A stretch of DNA of 64,000 nucleotides from the human T2T-CHM13v2.0 reference genome, Homo sapiens, in NCBI RefSeq assembly GCF_009914755.1, contig NC_060925.1; one strand, written 5' to 3'. The position numbers were made by a program, and so were the translations under genes. Shown piece after piece: positions 27,131 through 44,973 of the stretch (positions are counted from its first letter, which is position 1; the number at the start of each line of letters is the position of its first letter). Below the pieces are notes generated by a model. The model was not told the origin of the DNA. It worked only from the letters and a program-made list of their open reading frames with translations, and did not search any database.

Positions 27131-28459
27131 ACTGCCATTCAATCAGTTGTATGTTTGGCTTTTTTAAGTTTTTCCTAGTGAATGTCTAATTATTGTTGTC
27201 TTGTTTTAATGTGAATTATGGTCAATAATCTCTTTGTGTCATAGATGCAGTACATATGTTTGCGTTTTATTTAATCCTATGGCTATGAACATGGACATAG
27301 GACTAAGGTTTCAGAATTTGAAAACTAATAAAATTACCTAAATACAGTACTCTATATTTTATTATATTATTGCTTTTCTCCTTATAAAATTGTGCAAGGG
27401 GTCATATGTAGTATTACTTATACCATTTAATGAGTGCATTTTTGATCTACATTTTGTCATTTGACATATGTTTCTAATTTATAAGCCTCAAGTGCCTATG
27501 ACTGTTATTGTTTGAAGCCAAAAATGCAAGATTTTTATACTTAAAATTGAGTGTTTCAAATTACTTTGTAAAAGAATTCTAAATGAATGCTAAAGAATAG
27601 ACAGATTAATGGGTATAAAAGGTTGTTCTATAGCTCAAGTTCAGCTATGAAAACTTAGGGTTTTTTCTACATTTTTTCACATATAATTACATAAAATATT
27701 TTGATTTAATGACATATAATATTGATTTTCCTACATTTCAATACCAGAAATAGTTGCCCCTCTTCCAGTATTAAGGATGATGGTAGGACCAGTAAATTCA
27801 TTTATTCAGGAAACCCTTACTGAAGTTTTAAATCATGAGTTAGTCTTTAAAAAATCATCAAGTCTAATCTCATTAAGAATGGAGGAACTGTGTTCTATGA
27901 ATTATTGTCACCTGCATAATATTATACAGATTGGCTCTGGCAAAGCTGGGACTAGATTCATTTCTTCTTACTTCCATTTATTTACTCATTCCATTGAGTC
28001 TTCTGTACAAAGGATCAATAAAATGGTATTCGCTAATTTTTCCTTGGGAATGCTATTTGGTGTTCAATTATCCAATTTGTGTATTTGCTTTGTACCTCTT
28101 GAAATTGTTTGCAGATATAATTGCTCATAAAATTGCAACCGGATTCTAGGTTGAAACTCCCACCCAAATCTACCACCCTATACACACACGCACACATACA
28201 TGTATTATGTATATATGTATATGATTCCCAGATCACCCAGTTTTAACATTAAGAACACAAGTAAATTCTTAGGTATTGTTAGAGTGTGGCAGCTATGGGT
28301 AAAGAAAATTGAAGAGATCCAATTTTTTATGTGAAAGGCAATTCAAATTTAAAGCTTAGGTTGAATAATATAGTTAATTTAAATTATCTCAAAGCTTTAT
28401 TTAAATCTTTTGTGTCTCTTCCCTTTCCCTAACCTTCTACATTTTTAAGATTTGTATGC

Positions 28460-29146
28460 TACGCCTCTAAAATGTATCTCGTATCCAGTCCCATCACCAC
28501 TTCCTTAGACCCAGGCCCCATCATTTCTTGCTCGAGTTACTAAAAACACCTATAAATCAAACTCCTTCTCTGCAACGTTTTCACCTTCCAATCTATGCTG
28601 TACTCAGCAAGCAGAGTGATCTTTATAAAAGTCAAACCTGATCAAGTCACTTTGATAAATCTCCAGAGTCTTTAAGAAAAGTTCACACTCCTTAGCATGC
28701 CATGAAAGGCCTTCTAAAGTCTTTACTGTCTTATCTTATCACTACCCCTTCCTTCTCTATCATTTACTATGCAGAAATTCCTTTAGTTCTTCAAATATGC
28801 TATTTGGCTTCACACTTCTAAACCTTCCTATAGGATCCTTCCACACTCTGAAATACTCCTTCACTATGTTATCACCTAGGGTATACTTCAAGACGTAGCT
28901 TAGATATTGCCTCAAATATTTTATTAACCTTACAGTCTAGGTTAGGTATCTATCCTCTGTGCACATATAGCACCCAGCTAGCATTTCCAGATAGCATTTA
29001 TCACACCATGTAGTAATCTATTTATGTGTCTGCCTTTCCTCACTAAACTGTAAATAATTGGAGGGTGTATCTGTTTCTTTATTCCCAGCCCCTAACATAT
29101 TCTCGTTGCCATACATGTAATATTCATAAGTGTTGGTTCAATGAGT
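28460..29146 (+). mobile_element. L2 LINE 3' region
   Basis: 'ccatcatttcttgctcgagttac', 'gcagagtgatctttataaaagtcaaacctgatcaagtcac', ending 'ataagtgttggttcaatgagtg'. Confidence 0.8.
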
Positions 29147-30792
29147 GTTTTACTGACATCTTTCTAGCTGCAGTCCAGTTTCTTGAGATCAGCTTCCTTT
29201 CTCATCCTGCAAGTACTTATCCCAGATGCTGGGAGTTCACAGACATCACAATTTCTTTCATAACAGATTTTGTGAATGTTTTAACCAAAACAAGATATAG
29301 CTATGTTCAAATGAAACTACAGCACATTTTGCAGGCTTGGCCACTTATTTGACAGAATGGAGGCATTAAGGGACTGCAGGCAGTGTGCACTTCAACTATG
29401 AGACAGCAGTGCTCCTAGCTGGTCACCCTCTTTTTCCAGCCCTGTGTTCTGAATTCAAGTTTTTCAGCGCAAGCTTGCACTCTTTGAATTACCCAGTATA
29501 GTACTGTTAAAATAACTTACTACAATATTTTTATGTCTTAGGGTTTTTTACATGTAAAATGGCAATCAAATAATTGCTCTCTGAGGTTATTTTGCAAAAT
29601 TACTTACAAAATCACTCAATTTAGTTTCCAGCTTCAAGTTGTGTTTAAACAAGTTAGTCAGACCAGTCCTCCAAATTATTTAAAAAATCTGAACAAAGTA
29701 TTTAAAAATATTATGTGGCACTGGAGACTTACCAAAAACATTTAGAATCTAGAGACAATTCTACTATTGAAAGATAATCAGAAACTGGTAAGATGTGAAA
29801 GTTTGCAGTCGTTATCTAAGGTCAACCTCAATCTTCAGTTGACTCCAGGGCAGAATACCGTATCCTTGGAAAATTAAATAGTAAGAGGAGAGAGGCTTCA
29901 GTGGCAGACCATTCGGAAAGTGTGGGGAAATCCAGGAAGGAAAGTAGCTGCTGAAGAGCCTCAATACCTGCATATAAAATCAACAGAAATATTTGCCAGA
30001 TAACAACAATATATATTCAAGTCAAAGACCGCAACAGCATGAAAAATTGAAAACAGTTGAAAACTGCAATACATGAACATAAATGTAGATTGCTACACAC
30101 CGCAGAGGACAAAGATTACAGAGGCTGAGTCCAGTCAAGCTAACTACAAGTCATTCTTCTTCAGAGAAACATAACAGAATCAAGAGGCTCTACAATGATT
30201 TATTCGTGATGTCCAGAATACAGTTAAAACTCATAAGACATGCAAATTTTAAAAAAGAAAAATATTATCCACATACCCTCTGAAAAACAGTCTAAAAAAC
30301 CTCTCTTTGAAGACCTACATATTGTAATTAGCAAAGATTTTAAAGCATTTGCAATAAAGACGTCCACAAATTCAGAGAGAAATTGTACATAATGAATGAT
30401 AGGAAATTGCAGCAGAAAAATGGAAACCAAAAAATAAAGAAAAATTAGAAATCCTAGAATTAAAAAGTACAATATCTGAAATGTTTAAAATTACTCTATG
30501 GGCGTAACAGATTAGAAATATAAGAAGAGAGTCACTGAATTTGAAAACAAATCAGGAGCAATTATCTAATCTGAAGAATAAAGATTCAAAACGGTTAAAG
30601 AAAAATGAACAGAATTTGGGACTTGTGGGACAATATCTAGCTATCTAATATCAGTGTAAATAGAGTCCTTAGAAAGAAAAGAGAAAACTATAACAGAAAA
30701 AAGAGGATTTTAAAAATTCCCACATTTTGAAAAGCATCAACATACCCAAAAGCTCAAAAAACCCCAAGCAAGTTAAATAAAAAGAAAATCCT

Positions 30793-31088
30793 GGCCGGGG
30801 GCAGTGGCTCATGCCTGTAATCCCAGCACTTTGGGAGGCCAAGGTTTGGGATCATGAGGTCAGGAGATCAAGACCATCCTGGCTAACACAGTGAAATCCC
30901 ATCTCTACTAAAAACACAAAAAGTTAGCTGGGTGTGGTGGCGGGTGCCTGTAGTTCCAACTACGCAGAAGGCTGAGGCAAGAGAATGGCCTGAACCCCAG
31001 AAGCGGAGCTTGCAGTGAACCGAGATCACGCCACTGCACTCCAGCCTGGGCGACAGAGGGAAGACTCCATATCAAAAAAAAAAAAAAG
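30793..31088 (+). mobile_element. AluY-type SINE
   Basis: Full dimer with Y-type 'ggctaacacagtgaaa' and 'gagaatggcctgaacc...gcggagcttgcagtga'; TSD aaagaaaatcc at 30781-30791 and 31089-31099. Confidence 0.95.
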
Positions 31089-33458
31089 AAAGAAAATCCC
31101 ATCTCAATAAATCATAGTCCGACTGCTGAAGTACAAAGATAAACTCATGAGCTTGAAAGCAGCAAAAGTAAAACAACCACATTAAATATAGGGCAACAGT
31201 GATACAAATGACAATTACTTGTCAAAAGAAACCATAAGGCCACAAACTTCAGCAGAAGAAAAAAATATTTTCAGACTGATGGGGCATGACAATGGTAATA
31301 ATGATAAAAAGAACTGGGAGAATAGAACTATATAAAGTTGCAAGTTTCCTCAATTTTATAGGAAGAAGTATAATAGTAACTTTTAAGTCAATTGTGATTT
31401 TAAAAAGGCATATTTAATCCCCAGAGAAATATTAAAAATAATACAAATATATAGAGAGCTAAAAGGCAATTAAAAATACAAATTCAATACAAAGAAATAG
31501 ATTAACCTAAAATACACATAAGAAAGGAGGAGCAGAGAAACAAAAACTCATGACATAAGGGGGGAATAAAAAGCAAATCTCATACCTTAATACAGTCATA
31601 TTGGTAATTACATTAAATAGGAAATGTCTATTATGAAACACTCTAATTTTTAAAACTGTTTCAGTCTTGATAAAAAAAAGGTTGTTAAACTGGATAAAAA
31701 ATGAAAGACCTATTTGTCGTATAAAAAAGCACTTAAAATGTAAAGATACAAATAGGTTAAAAGTAAGAGGAGAAAAAAGATAAACCATGCAAAGAATAAG
31801 CATAAAAAATTGAATGTTATTTCAATAATAAAATAGTTTTCAATAAAAGGAATGTTACCAGAAAAAAGGACCGTTCTTAATAATTCTTACTATACCATGA
31901 AGAGATAATTATATATATGCATACATAACAGAGCTTCCAGATATATGGAATATTAGTGAAATAACATTCATATTTGAAGTTTTTAACACCTTCCCCCAGG
32001 AGTGCATTTAAACAATTAATAAGATTGACAAACTACTAGAAAGCATGATCAAGTAACAGAAAAAACGAATCACTAACATCAGCAATAAAAACAGAAATAT
32101 TACAAATCCTATAGTATAAGGATCATAAAAAAAAATTTAGAACCACGATAGGTCAATAAATATGGCCTCTGAAACGGAATGGACAAATTACTTGAAAATA
32201 CAATGTAAAAATGTGGTACAAGATTAAATTAAAAATAATAGCATTATATCTGCAAAAGAAATTAAATTCGTTATTTAAAAAGAATACCTGCTACTTCTCC
32301 CAAAAAATACCAGGACCGGGAGGGCTAACTTGTTGATTCTATCAAACAGTTCAGAAAGAAACTCTTTTAGAAAATAGAGTAAAAGGAAATAATTATAATT
32401 TCATAATATGAGGCTAGGATATTACTGATACCACAACCTACCGGGTATCGCAAAAAGAAAATTACAGACCAATATCTCTCATGGACATAGGCATAAAAAT
32501 TTTTAACAAAGTATTAGTGAATTGAATCCAATAACATATAAAAATTATACTGCATTAGGACCATGTGTAATGTATCTCCAGAATGAAAGACTAATTTAAT
32601 GTTCAAAACATCAAAGAATGCAATATACCACATTAACAGAATAAAAGATAAAATACAACACAGTAATAATCTCAATAACTGCAGAAAACATACAATTCAA
32701 ACTGCATTCATGATTTTTAAAACATTTTTCATCAAATTAGATACAAAATGAAGTTCCCTCAATCTGATATAAGAATAACTATAAACAACCTACATCTAAC
32801 ATTGTACTAATAGTGATGACTGAATATTTTCTCCCAAAATATGTAATAAGGCAGAAAACTTTATTTTTTTCTTTTAATTCCAGATGACTGTATGTTGTAG
32901 CCAGTGCAATAAAGCATAAAATAATCAAATTTGAAGGAAAAATATTCATTTGCATCTGTTCACAGGCAACATGATTGTTTACATACAAATCTTGAGGAAC
33001 TAAATATTGCTTCTATAAATAATAAATATGGTTGCAAGCTCTCCAAATATATCATTTTTTGAAGAAATTCTGTGTATTTCTTCAATATACAGAAATCAGC
33101 TATTTTTACACACTAGCAGCAAGCAACCAAAAATGAATTTTATAGTAGCATCAAAAATGAAATATTTAGGAATAAATTTTACAGAAGTCATTTAACACTC
33201 CTACACTGAAAAGTTAAAAATATTGTTAAGAGATTGATATGCAAAGTTTATGTACTGGAAGACTCAATATCCTTAAAAATTAAATTCTTTCCAAATTGAT
33301 CAATAGATTTAAAAAATGCAACAACATCAGCCCATCATTTTTTTTAAATAGAAAATGACAAGTTGTTTTTAAAATATTTCTGAAAATGTAAAGGTTCATA
33401 GAATAGCCAAAATAATCTCAAAAAAGGAGAGAAAGCTGCAGAACTTTTACTACCTAAC

Positions 33459-34057
33459 TGTGGTAGACAGAATTCTAAAATGGGCCCCAAGAACTCATTC
33501 CACAATGTATATACCCTGAGGCTGTGAATATGATGGAAGTGATTAATGTACAGAATATGGTACAGTTTATGTTAAAAAAGGGAGATCATGTGGGTGGTCT
33601 TGACCTAAACACATGATTTCTCTAAATCAGAGTCTACAATAAAATATACAGAAAACCAGAGATTTGAAGCATGAGAGAAATTCAACACGGGGGAAATTTT
33701 CATTACTGGTTTTGAAAATGGAAGGACCATATGGCAAGGAATGTGGGTGGCCTCTATATGGTAAGAGTGGTTGGTACCCAACTGATAACCAGCAAGACAA
33801 TGGGGACCTTAGTCTTACAATTACAAGAAACTGAATTCTGCTAACAACCTGAATGAACTTGGAAGAGGACCCTGAACTAAAGATAAAATTTCAGATATCT
33901 GACACCTTGATTTCAATCTGTGTGAATGTGAGCAGAGAACCCAGCCATGCAGTGCCTATAGTTCTAACCTATAGAACTGTAACATAATTATTGCTGTTGC
34001 TTTAAATTGCTAAATTTGGGATTAATTTGCTATTAAAAGCAATAAAAAGCTAATACA
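33459..34057 (+). mobile_element. MLT1E-type MaLR solo LTR
   Basis: tgtggtagacagaattctaaaatgggcccc...ctaataca; TSD CTAAC/CTGAC. Confidence 0.85.
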
Positions 34058-34458
34058 CTGACTAAATGACTTTCTAAAAGTTACAGTAATTAAGGCAGTG
34101 TGGTGTAGGTCGGACAGTATGCAAACATGAAAACATCAATGGAATAATAGACAATCAAAACTTTTCTGACTTATGAATAGTTTATTGATTTTTAAAATGT
34201 GAAACAATTCATTAGGGGAAGAATTTTTTTTCAATAAATGAAGCTACTACAACTGGATATTCATATGAATAAAAAATGAACATCTACACCTATCTCTGAT
34301 AACACACATAAACTATTGAGATGTATTATAACCTAAATATAAAATATAAAACCAAAAAGCTTTTATAAAAAAACATTGGCTAATTTATTCGCAACCTGAG
34401 GGTAGACAAATATTTCATAAAATACAAAAACCAATGATCATAAAGAAAAAGAAGTTGA

Positions 34459-34647
34459 GGGGAACATCACACACCGGGGCCTGTCGTGGGTTGGGGGGAG
34501 GGGGGAGGGATAGTATTAGGAGATATACCTAATGTAAATGACATGACGAGTTAATGGGTACAGCACAGCAACATGGCACATGTATACATATGTAACAAAC
34601 CTGCACGTTGTGAACACGTACCCTAGAACTTAAAGTATAATAATAAA
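34459..34647 (+). mobile_element. Short 5'-truncated L1PA (PA4/5-like) 3' end
   Basis: 'ggggaacatcacacaccggggcctgtcgtggg...ccctagaacttaaagtataataat'; 13-bp TSD aaaaagaagttga (34446-34458, 34648-34660). Confidence 0.95.
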
Positions 34648-34817
34648 AAAAAGAAGTTGATAAATTAGATTGCATCAAAATTACATTATTTTGTGAATCC
34701 GAAAACTCATTATGGAAATAAGTGACAAAGAATTTATTGACGATATATATATCTGACAGGACTTAGGTTGAGACTATATAAATATTATAATCCATTAAGA
34801 AAATGACCAACAATACT

Positions 34818-34848
<31 letters not shown>

Positions 34849-34849
34849 A

Positions 34850-38125
<3,276 letters not shown>

Positions 38126-38740
38126 ACAAATTGGAAAAATATGCAAAAGATTTGAACTGACACTATTTGAAGAAAGATTTATGAATGGTCAATATGCACA
38201 ATATAGCTCTCAAGACCAGTCGTTATTAGGAAAATTTAAATTAAAACCAAATAACATACCACAAAACACTCACCACAATGTCTAAAATTAAAATGTTTGA
38301 AAACCTCAAACACTGGCAAGGATATGGAGCAATCATAATTCTCATATATTGCTGCTGGGAATGTAAAATGTTACAACCATTTTGAAAAATGTTTCAGTAG
38401 TATTTTAGTGTTGGACTTTTACTTATCCTTTGACCCAACATTCTACTCTTATTTGGTGAAGAAAAAACAGTATGTCCACAAAATGACAGGTACATGAATA
38501 TTCATTTATGAAATTCTAGAACACGCAAAAGTAATCTAAGTAAAAATTTTAAAAGAATGAGAATAGAGAAGAGTGGTTACCAGGCTGCATATGTAGGAGG
38601 TAAGCAGTGGAGATTGACTAGGAAGAGACTGGAAGAAACTCTGGAAAATGCTCTATATCATAAAAGGGATGTGGATCATATGAGTTTAAAATTATACAGT
38701 TAACATTTGTGCATCTCAATGAATGTAAATTTTACCTAAA

Positions 38741-38776
38741 TCACCATCACTTTCATCATCATCATCATCATCATCA
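38741..38776. repeat. (TCA)n trinucleotide repeat
   Basis: tcaccatcactttcatcatcatcatcatcatcatca. Confidence 0.9.
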
Positions 38777-39049
38777 GTCTGTGGGAAATGAATAGAGGGA
38801 AGTAGAAAAAAAAAACAAGATGAAAGATTTTTGGTGATTGTTGAAGCTATGTGATGAATACAGGGTTTCATTTTACTATTCTGTTTACTTTGCATATGTA
38901 CAAGATTTTCCAAAAAGTGACTCAAAATTGTGTTGAAGAATGAAAATTTCTTTCTTCTACAACTCTAGAATACCACAATCTATTCTTAAGAAAACAAAAA
39001 AGTAAAATCTATTTAGATTACTTAATATTAGAAAGTAGGCAAAATATTT

Positions 39050-39230
39050 TATATATGTTATTTTACTCAATGCTCCTAAAAAATCTGTAAATCCAGCATT
39101 ATTATTCTCATTTAGCATAGGCAGAAATACACATAGAGAGGTTAAGTAACTTTGCCAAGATAGCAAATAACAAAATTACAATTTAATGGCTGTCAAACTG
39201 ATCCCAAATATATACTCCTTTTGCTATATG
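39050..39230 (-). mobile_element. MIR SINE
   Basis: 'attattctcatttagcataggcagaaatacacatagagaggttaagtaactttgccaagatagca'. Confidence 0.7.
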
Positions 39231-39749
39231 ACTTTCCTAAGTTACGACAAATCTTGCTTTTGAAAAGGTGAAATATTAGGACTCAGGATTAGAGGCAGAT
39301 AAGATATTAGGCTAAGATGGTTTATAAAAATTTTAATATAAGAAGCTCTTTAGATAATAAAGGTAAGTATTATTAAATTCAAAATTAGCTGTTGATACAT
39401 TTACCTTTTGAGGGAGATGGCGTAATTCAAGTCACAGATGAACAAGCTCAACAGAGCTCCCTACAAAGAGGTCACAGAGACTGTTGAAGCACAAAGAGAA
39501 AAGTGAAATATCAAAGTCTCTACCAGTTATTCTATGTCACTAAACCGTTTGGGCCCTGGAGTTAATGTTCCATTGGCAAGCTGAAAACTATAATGAGTTT
39601 TTGGACATGCAAGAGTAAGCAAAGAGCAAATTAGAAATTAGAAAGCTATTTTACACTACAGTGAAAAATAAGAAAAACTGAGTTATGGGGAGAAGTTATT
39701 CACAGCAAGTTGTATTTGTTGGGGTTCCACAGAGAACACACAAATAGGA

Positions 39750-39768
39750 TGTGTGTGTGTATATACAC

Positions 39769-39846
<78 letters not shown>
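39750..39846. repeat. Compound microsatellite (GT)n(AT)n(AG)n(GACA)n
   Basis: Direct read. Confidence 0.95.
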
Positions 39847-40205
39847 TGATTTGGCTCTGTGTCCACACCCAAATCTCACCTCTGATTATAATCCCAATAA
39901 TCCCCCCATGTCAAGGGAGAACCAGGTGGGAGGTGATTGGGTCATGGGGATATTTTTTTCCCCATGCTGTTCAAGATAGTGACTGAGTTCTCGAGATCTA
40001 ATCATTTTATAAGGCAGTTTTTCCTGCTCTTGCTCTCTCTCACTGCCGCCATGTAAGACATGCCTCTTCCCCTTGTGCCATGATTGTAAGTTTCCTGAGG
40101 CCTCCCCAGCAGTGCAGAACTGTGAGCCAATTCAGCCTCTTTTCTTTATAAATTACCCAGTCTCGGGTATGTCTTTATAGCCGTGTGAGAATGGACTGGT
40201 ATACA
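39842..40205 (+). mobile_element. THE1C/D-type MaLR solo LTR
   Basis: 'atgatttggctctgtgtccacacccaaatctc...aattacccagtctcgggtatgtctttatagccgtgtgagaatggact..ataca'. Confidence 0.9.
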
Positions 40206-42865
40206 AATATATCATATATATGCACATATGTAGCCTAAAGACAGAGAGATTTATTTTAAGGAGTGTGATTGTGAGGGCTGGTACATCCAAAATGTAGGGT
40301 CAACTAGTAGACTGGAAACTTAGGCATGGTTTTTATGTCATGGTCTTGAGGCAGAATTTCTTCTTCTCCTGGAAATCTCAGTTTCTATCCTTATGACGTT
40401 CAACTGGTTGAACAAGTCCCACTCACATGATCCAGGATAACCTCCTTTACTTAAGGTCAACCCACTGTAACTATTAATCACATTTACTAAATACCTTCAC
40501 AGTACCATCTGGGCTAGGCTTTCACCAAACAGCTAGGCACCGTAGCCTAGCGAAGTTGACACATGAAATTAACCATCACAGAGGGACTGTGAGAAAGAGA
40601 GACATAGTGTCCATAATGTCATTGGCAGCAAGACTAAAGGTGCTTTGTGAAAGATAATATCTAATTTTCAGTATTTATTTCAATGTTATATGATGCCATG
40701 CTGTAAATTTTATCACTTTAAGCCTTTGTGTGCAAGATACAGAAATTTCTTGTGTGAATAATATTTTCAGAAGAACTGAATTCATTGTTTTGGCTAAAGA
40801 ATGAGAAAATGGCATAGAATGCATTCAATGACTGGCTTAGCTGTATCTTCAATATTTCAGCATATAAAGGGAGTCACACCAGATGAGACAAGAGAAATAT
40901 GAGTCAACTGCCTGCACCAGAACCCCCAGAGATTTTCGGAATGGTACAAGGTTCCCACATGCATGGGATAAAGTTCAAGCTACTTTTTATTTCTTTGGAT
41001 CTCAAAGGTCAGTGTACATCACCTGGTGTAACAGCTCAAAAAGGCCAAGTTGCAGATTATGGGCCTGAAGCTGAAAGTTATTTAAAGAGATTTTGTGGGC
41101 ATTCTGAGGAGTCAATGGTAGCTTCCAAAACACCCAGAAACTTTGAACACTAAAGACATCAGATTCACTTTTGGTTAAGAAAGACTTTGTTACCTATAAA
41201 TATTATCTTCTTCCATCAAAGTGTGAATAGAGTACTAAGGAAAGTTTTATACCCTGGCTTCTGTTTTGTATACATCCCAGGGATGGATGAACTCTATCCC
41301 TTTCAGAGGAATTAATAGATCCCTTGTTAAAGGTCCAGTCTAAAAGGCTCTAGTGAGGGATTAAACCCAGTTATAGAAACTCTTAACACTTTAATTCACA
41401 TTCCCATTTGGGAGTAAAGCTAAGCAAAGGGTTTCAAGAAAAACTTTCTTGCTCTGCTTTTAGCAAAACAGTCATTTGACATGTCTCTATAAAGTTGTGC
41501 AGGGTCAATGCCAAAGTAAATTATGTTGCTTTACTCGAAATTTACTAAGGTGTTTCTTTTGTGGTTCTTGTAATCTACAATCCAACAGTGTTTTTGAGTA
41601 GAGCTGTGTGTAAATATTTGAAAACAGGTTACTTGATTATTTCTGTTCTCATTTAGAACAGAAATCTCAACGTAGTAGAAAAAAAAAGTTACCTGTACTT
41701 TTATTTCTCTAATACCTTGAAAACATCATTGTGGTAGGTGATTGCCATAAGGACTCTGGCAGGTTGGCATAGCTATCTGGTGGGCATTTTGGCTAAACAT
41801 AAAGAAGAAAGTATGGCAGCAATTGCAAATATGTTAGATGTTGCCTCGTGTATGTTTCCGATACATTTGCATAATAAACCTGACATTCTGCTCTTCTCCT
41901 TACTTTCCCCATTCACACTTTCACATCACTTTGTTAAAACACACTGGTCAATTTCTCTAAGCCTCAGTTTCTTCTTCTACAGAATTGGGATGTATCTATT
42001 TCATAAATATTTACTGAGCATATACTGTGAACCACGAAGTTTACTAGGTATGGGGATATGGAGATATCTCAAATATGACATCTGTCTTCCAGAAAATGAA
42101 ATAAACTTTACGAAGTGATAGAAAAGTACCATCAAACCATCATTTTTCAGCTAAGAAGATAGAACAAGTGCTGAGTTTCAGCAGGGAAGTAATCTGCTTG
42201 ATTTTGGAAAGGCTGAGGATAAGTAGAACATGGAATTTACAGGTAGAGGTGTCTAGAAGCAGTTAAAAATAAAGATGGTTGGAGATCAAGTAAAATTATG
42301 AATATGAGAGTATTTTAGAGACTCAAACATCATGAAGATGTGAATTCCATATATGTGGCCCCTGGTAAGCAATACAAATGTGAATTATTATTACATACGT
42401 ACAGCTGGCACTAAATTAGTTTGCAATTGTTTTCTGTTGATCTTAAAATGTTTAATCTTCTATGAGAGTAGAATATTTTGACTTACCATGTCAAATAGAA
42501 GCTTCTCTAAGACAAAGCATTAAACACTCTTTGTAACTATACTTTATATATAATATAGATGCTCCATAAACGCTGACTCATTGACAAATGGGAGACTCTT
42601 TTACACAGTGATGGAAGAAAACACTAAATCAAAAATTATCACCAAATGCTGCCAAATATTTACTTTTGAAATCTCTAGGTTTCACTTGTAAGTTACACTA
42701 CCCAAAAATTGAATCCACAGGAGGTTACAAACTCCAATCATCACATCATTATCACTATCTTAAAAAGAAATATTTATCAAGCATTTATTATACAAGTCTT
42801 TTTCCTCTGAACTTAAAAGGGATAAGGTCATTGAATCCTCCAAAATCCCTTGAGATTGGTGTGCT

Positions 42866-43118
42866 GTAAGTGGTACATTAGGGTGGGCAAAACAGATCTG
42901 AATTCAGAGGGGCTGGATTAGAAACTTGGCTCCACTGCTTACTGTATGTAGTGACTTGAGAAACTTAAAGCTCTGTGCCACAATGGCTTCATCATTACAA
43001 AGTATAATATTATCATCTTCCTCCTCAGATTTTCTTAGGGTGAAATGAGTTAGTTTATCCAAGGAGCTTAAAGCAGTGCCTGGAATATTGTTTTTGTAAA
43101 TATTAGCTATTATTATCA
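42866..43118 (+). mobile_element. Near full-length MIR
   Basis: 'ggctccactgcttactgtatgtagtgacttgag...agggtgaaatgagttagtttatccaaggagcttaaagcagtgcctgga...tattagctattattat'. Confidence 0.85.
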
Positions 43119-44878
43119 ATTAGGCTACTTTTTTCTATTAAATATTGTTATACATAAAATTTTTATCAATGTACTTAAATCCAGTGTATATAAATCAAGA
43201 GATCTATTTTGGCCCTGAAATTTCAGAGTGAAGGGTTTTTGTTTCTGTGTTTTTAATTTCATTTTTGTTCTTTCAGTATATTTATTCTCCATGTCTTTGA
43301 AACAATTCTGTAGAGACACTCATTGAAAGTGTATATATTCACTTTTTAAAGTGGATAACAAATTTAGGATAAGTATAATTTGACAATAAGTTCTTTGTAG
43401 GCATAAGAATGGTAAAGCAGTGAATAGGTTGATACTTGAGTCTTTATCCCAGGAGAAATATAATAAGAATATTGGCAACTGTCTGTCCTTTAAGACAGCC
43501 AGGACACCAGATTAGCCTATTCCTTGTGGCAATTCCTAGCTGTAAGATTTAAACAGTTCAGAATGAAAACATTTCAGTGCCTTTACCTGTGGGTTTGTGT
43601 AAATGCCGGATATATTTGTATGGAAAAGTATTACTACATTTTACACTTGCATCTGATTATATATTTAATCAGCATTCATTACATTTTGGTTAAAATTTCT
43701 TACTTCAGGTTTAAAATTACTTCTAGTTACCATATATATTCTCATCTGGGAATGACTAAAGTCACTGGTACAGATGTGCTTGAGATATTATACTTTTATT
43801 TAATCAGTTATCTTAATTGGGAGGTTTTAAAGTCAAAACAGCAGGCACAAATCCCATATGTACTGGCATTGCTATTTGCAAATTTGTAGTACCGCACACA
43901 AAAATGTAGTACAAGCTTCTCTCACAAATGACCTACAACAAACCATATAAAGTATTTAGAATCTTCCCTCTCTACTTTTATAGCCTATCTGTGATGACTT
44001 GACTTTACTAATGACTTTAAATGTTAAATTAAACAATATTTAATTTCCCCAAATCTGCTTTAGGTCTTATCACCTTTGGCAGCCAGTTCCCAAATCCTTA
44101 CTGCTATACTACCAGAATCCTCTTGTGTATTATCTATTTGACAGATGAGATGAGTTTATGGTGATCCCCTTCTCTTGGGCTCAAAATATTAAGTTTAAAT
44201 CTAAACATGGTTTGCAAATAACCACAGGATCTTTTCCAAACATTATTTAATACAGTGAGCTACAGTTTGAACAGTTGCATATCCATTCAGGAAGCAGATT
44301 GGTTTGCTCATATAAACCACAGCTATGTATTTTTTTCAGTCTCCTGAATTACTAACCTGAAAGCCTAATGACAAATTTTTATTTTATTTAAAACATATAT
44401 TACCCTACTTTTTTTCTTTAGGGTTAAAAAGGCATTTTATAATATATCTGAGAGAAAATATAATTTATAAGCTATAAATGTGTGTGGTTTTGTTAAGGAA
44501 GTGAAGATTAAGGATATGGATAACCTCCACAACTCCTTGTTAAACTTAAAATAAAATAACTCTCCGCACCACCTAATTAAACTAAACAAACTGGTCTTTG
44601 TCTCAGGCCATTCCATTTCTTTCATGTCACCTCTGTTTCTCCTTTTAACTCCTTGTCTCATACAAAACATAAAAATATGCTGAGGCACTTGATATATTTT
44701 CACTTGTACAACATGGATCAAGGAATAAGAATACCTTCATAATTCAATAGTTAAATAAATATGATTATATTTAGCCTATGTTCTGCATTATTTTTCAAAG
44801 AATTTGGTTATAAAAATATACATATATTCCAAAACTATAGCCTCCTCCCTGTTTTTGTGATTCATTTGAAAGTTCACA

Positions 44879-44973
44879 TTTTTATTATTATACTTTACAT
44901 TTTAGGGTACATGTGCACAACATGCAGGTTAGTTACATACGTATACATGTGCCATGTTGGTGTGCTGCACCCA
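44879..44973 (-). mobile_element. ~95-bp 5'-truncated young L1PA (PA2/3-like) 3' tip
   Basis: 'ttattattatacttta..ttttagggtacatgtgcacaacatgcaggttagttacatacgtatacatgtgccatgttggtgtgctgcaccca', flanked by aagttca on both sides. Confidence 0.9.

Larger units (their letters stand above)
39711..40580 (-). mobile_element. MLT2 (MLT2D-like) ERVL solo LTR interrupted by THE1
   Basis: 'tgtatttgttggggttccacagagaac...aataggat' to 'gcctagcgaagttgacacatgaaattaaccatcaca'. Confidence 0.85.

Noticed and set aside
40895-41015. AP-1 (TGAGTCA 40900-40906) plus NBRE-like AAAGGTCA (41004-41011) as an enhancer
   Set aside because: Motifs of 7-8 bp occur repeatedly by chance in 64 kb, and no chromatin or conservation evidence is available.
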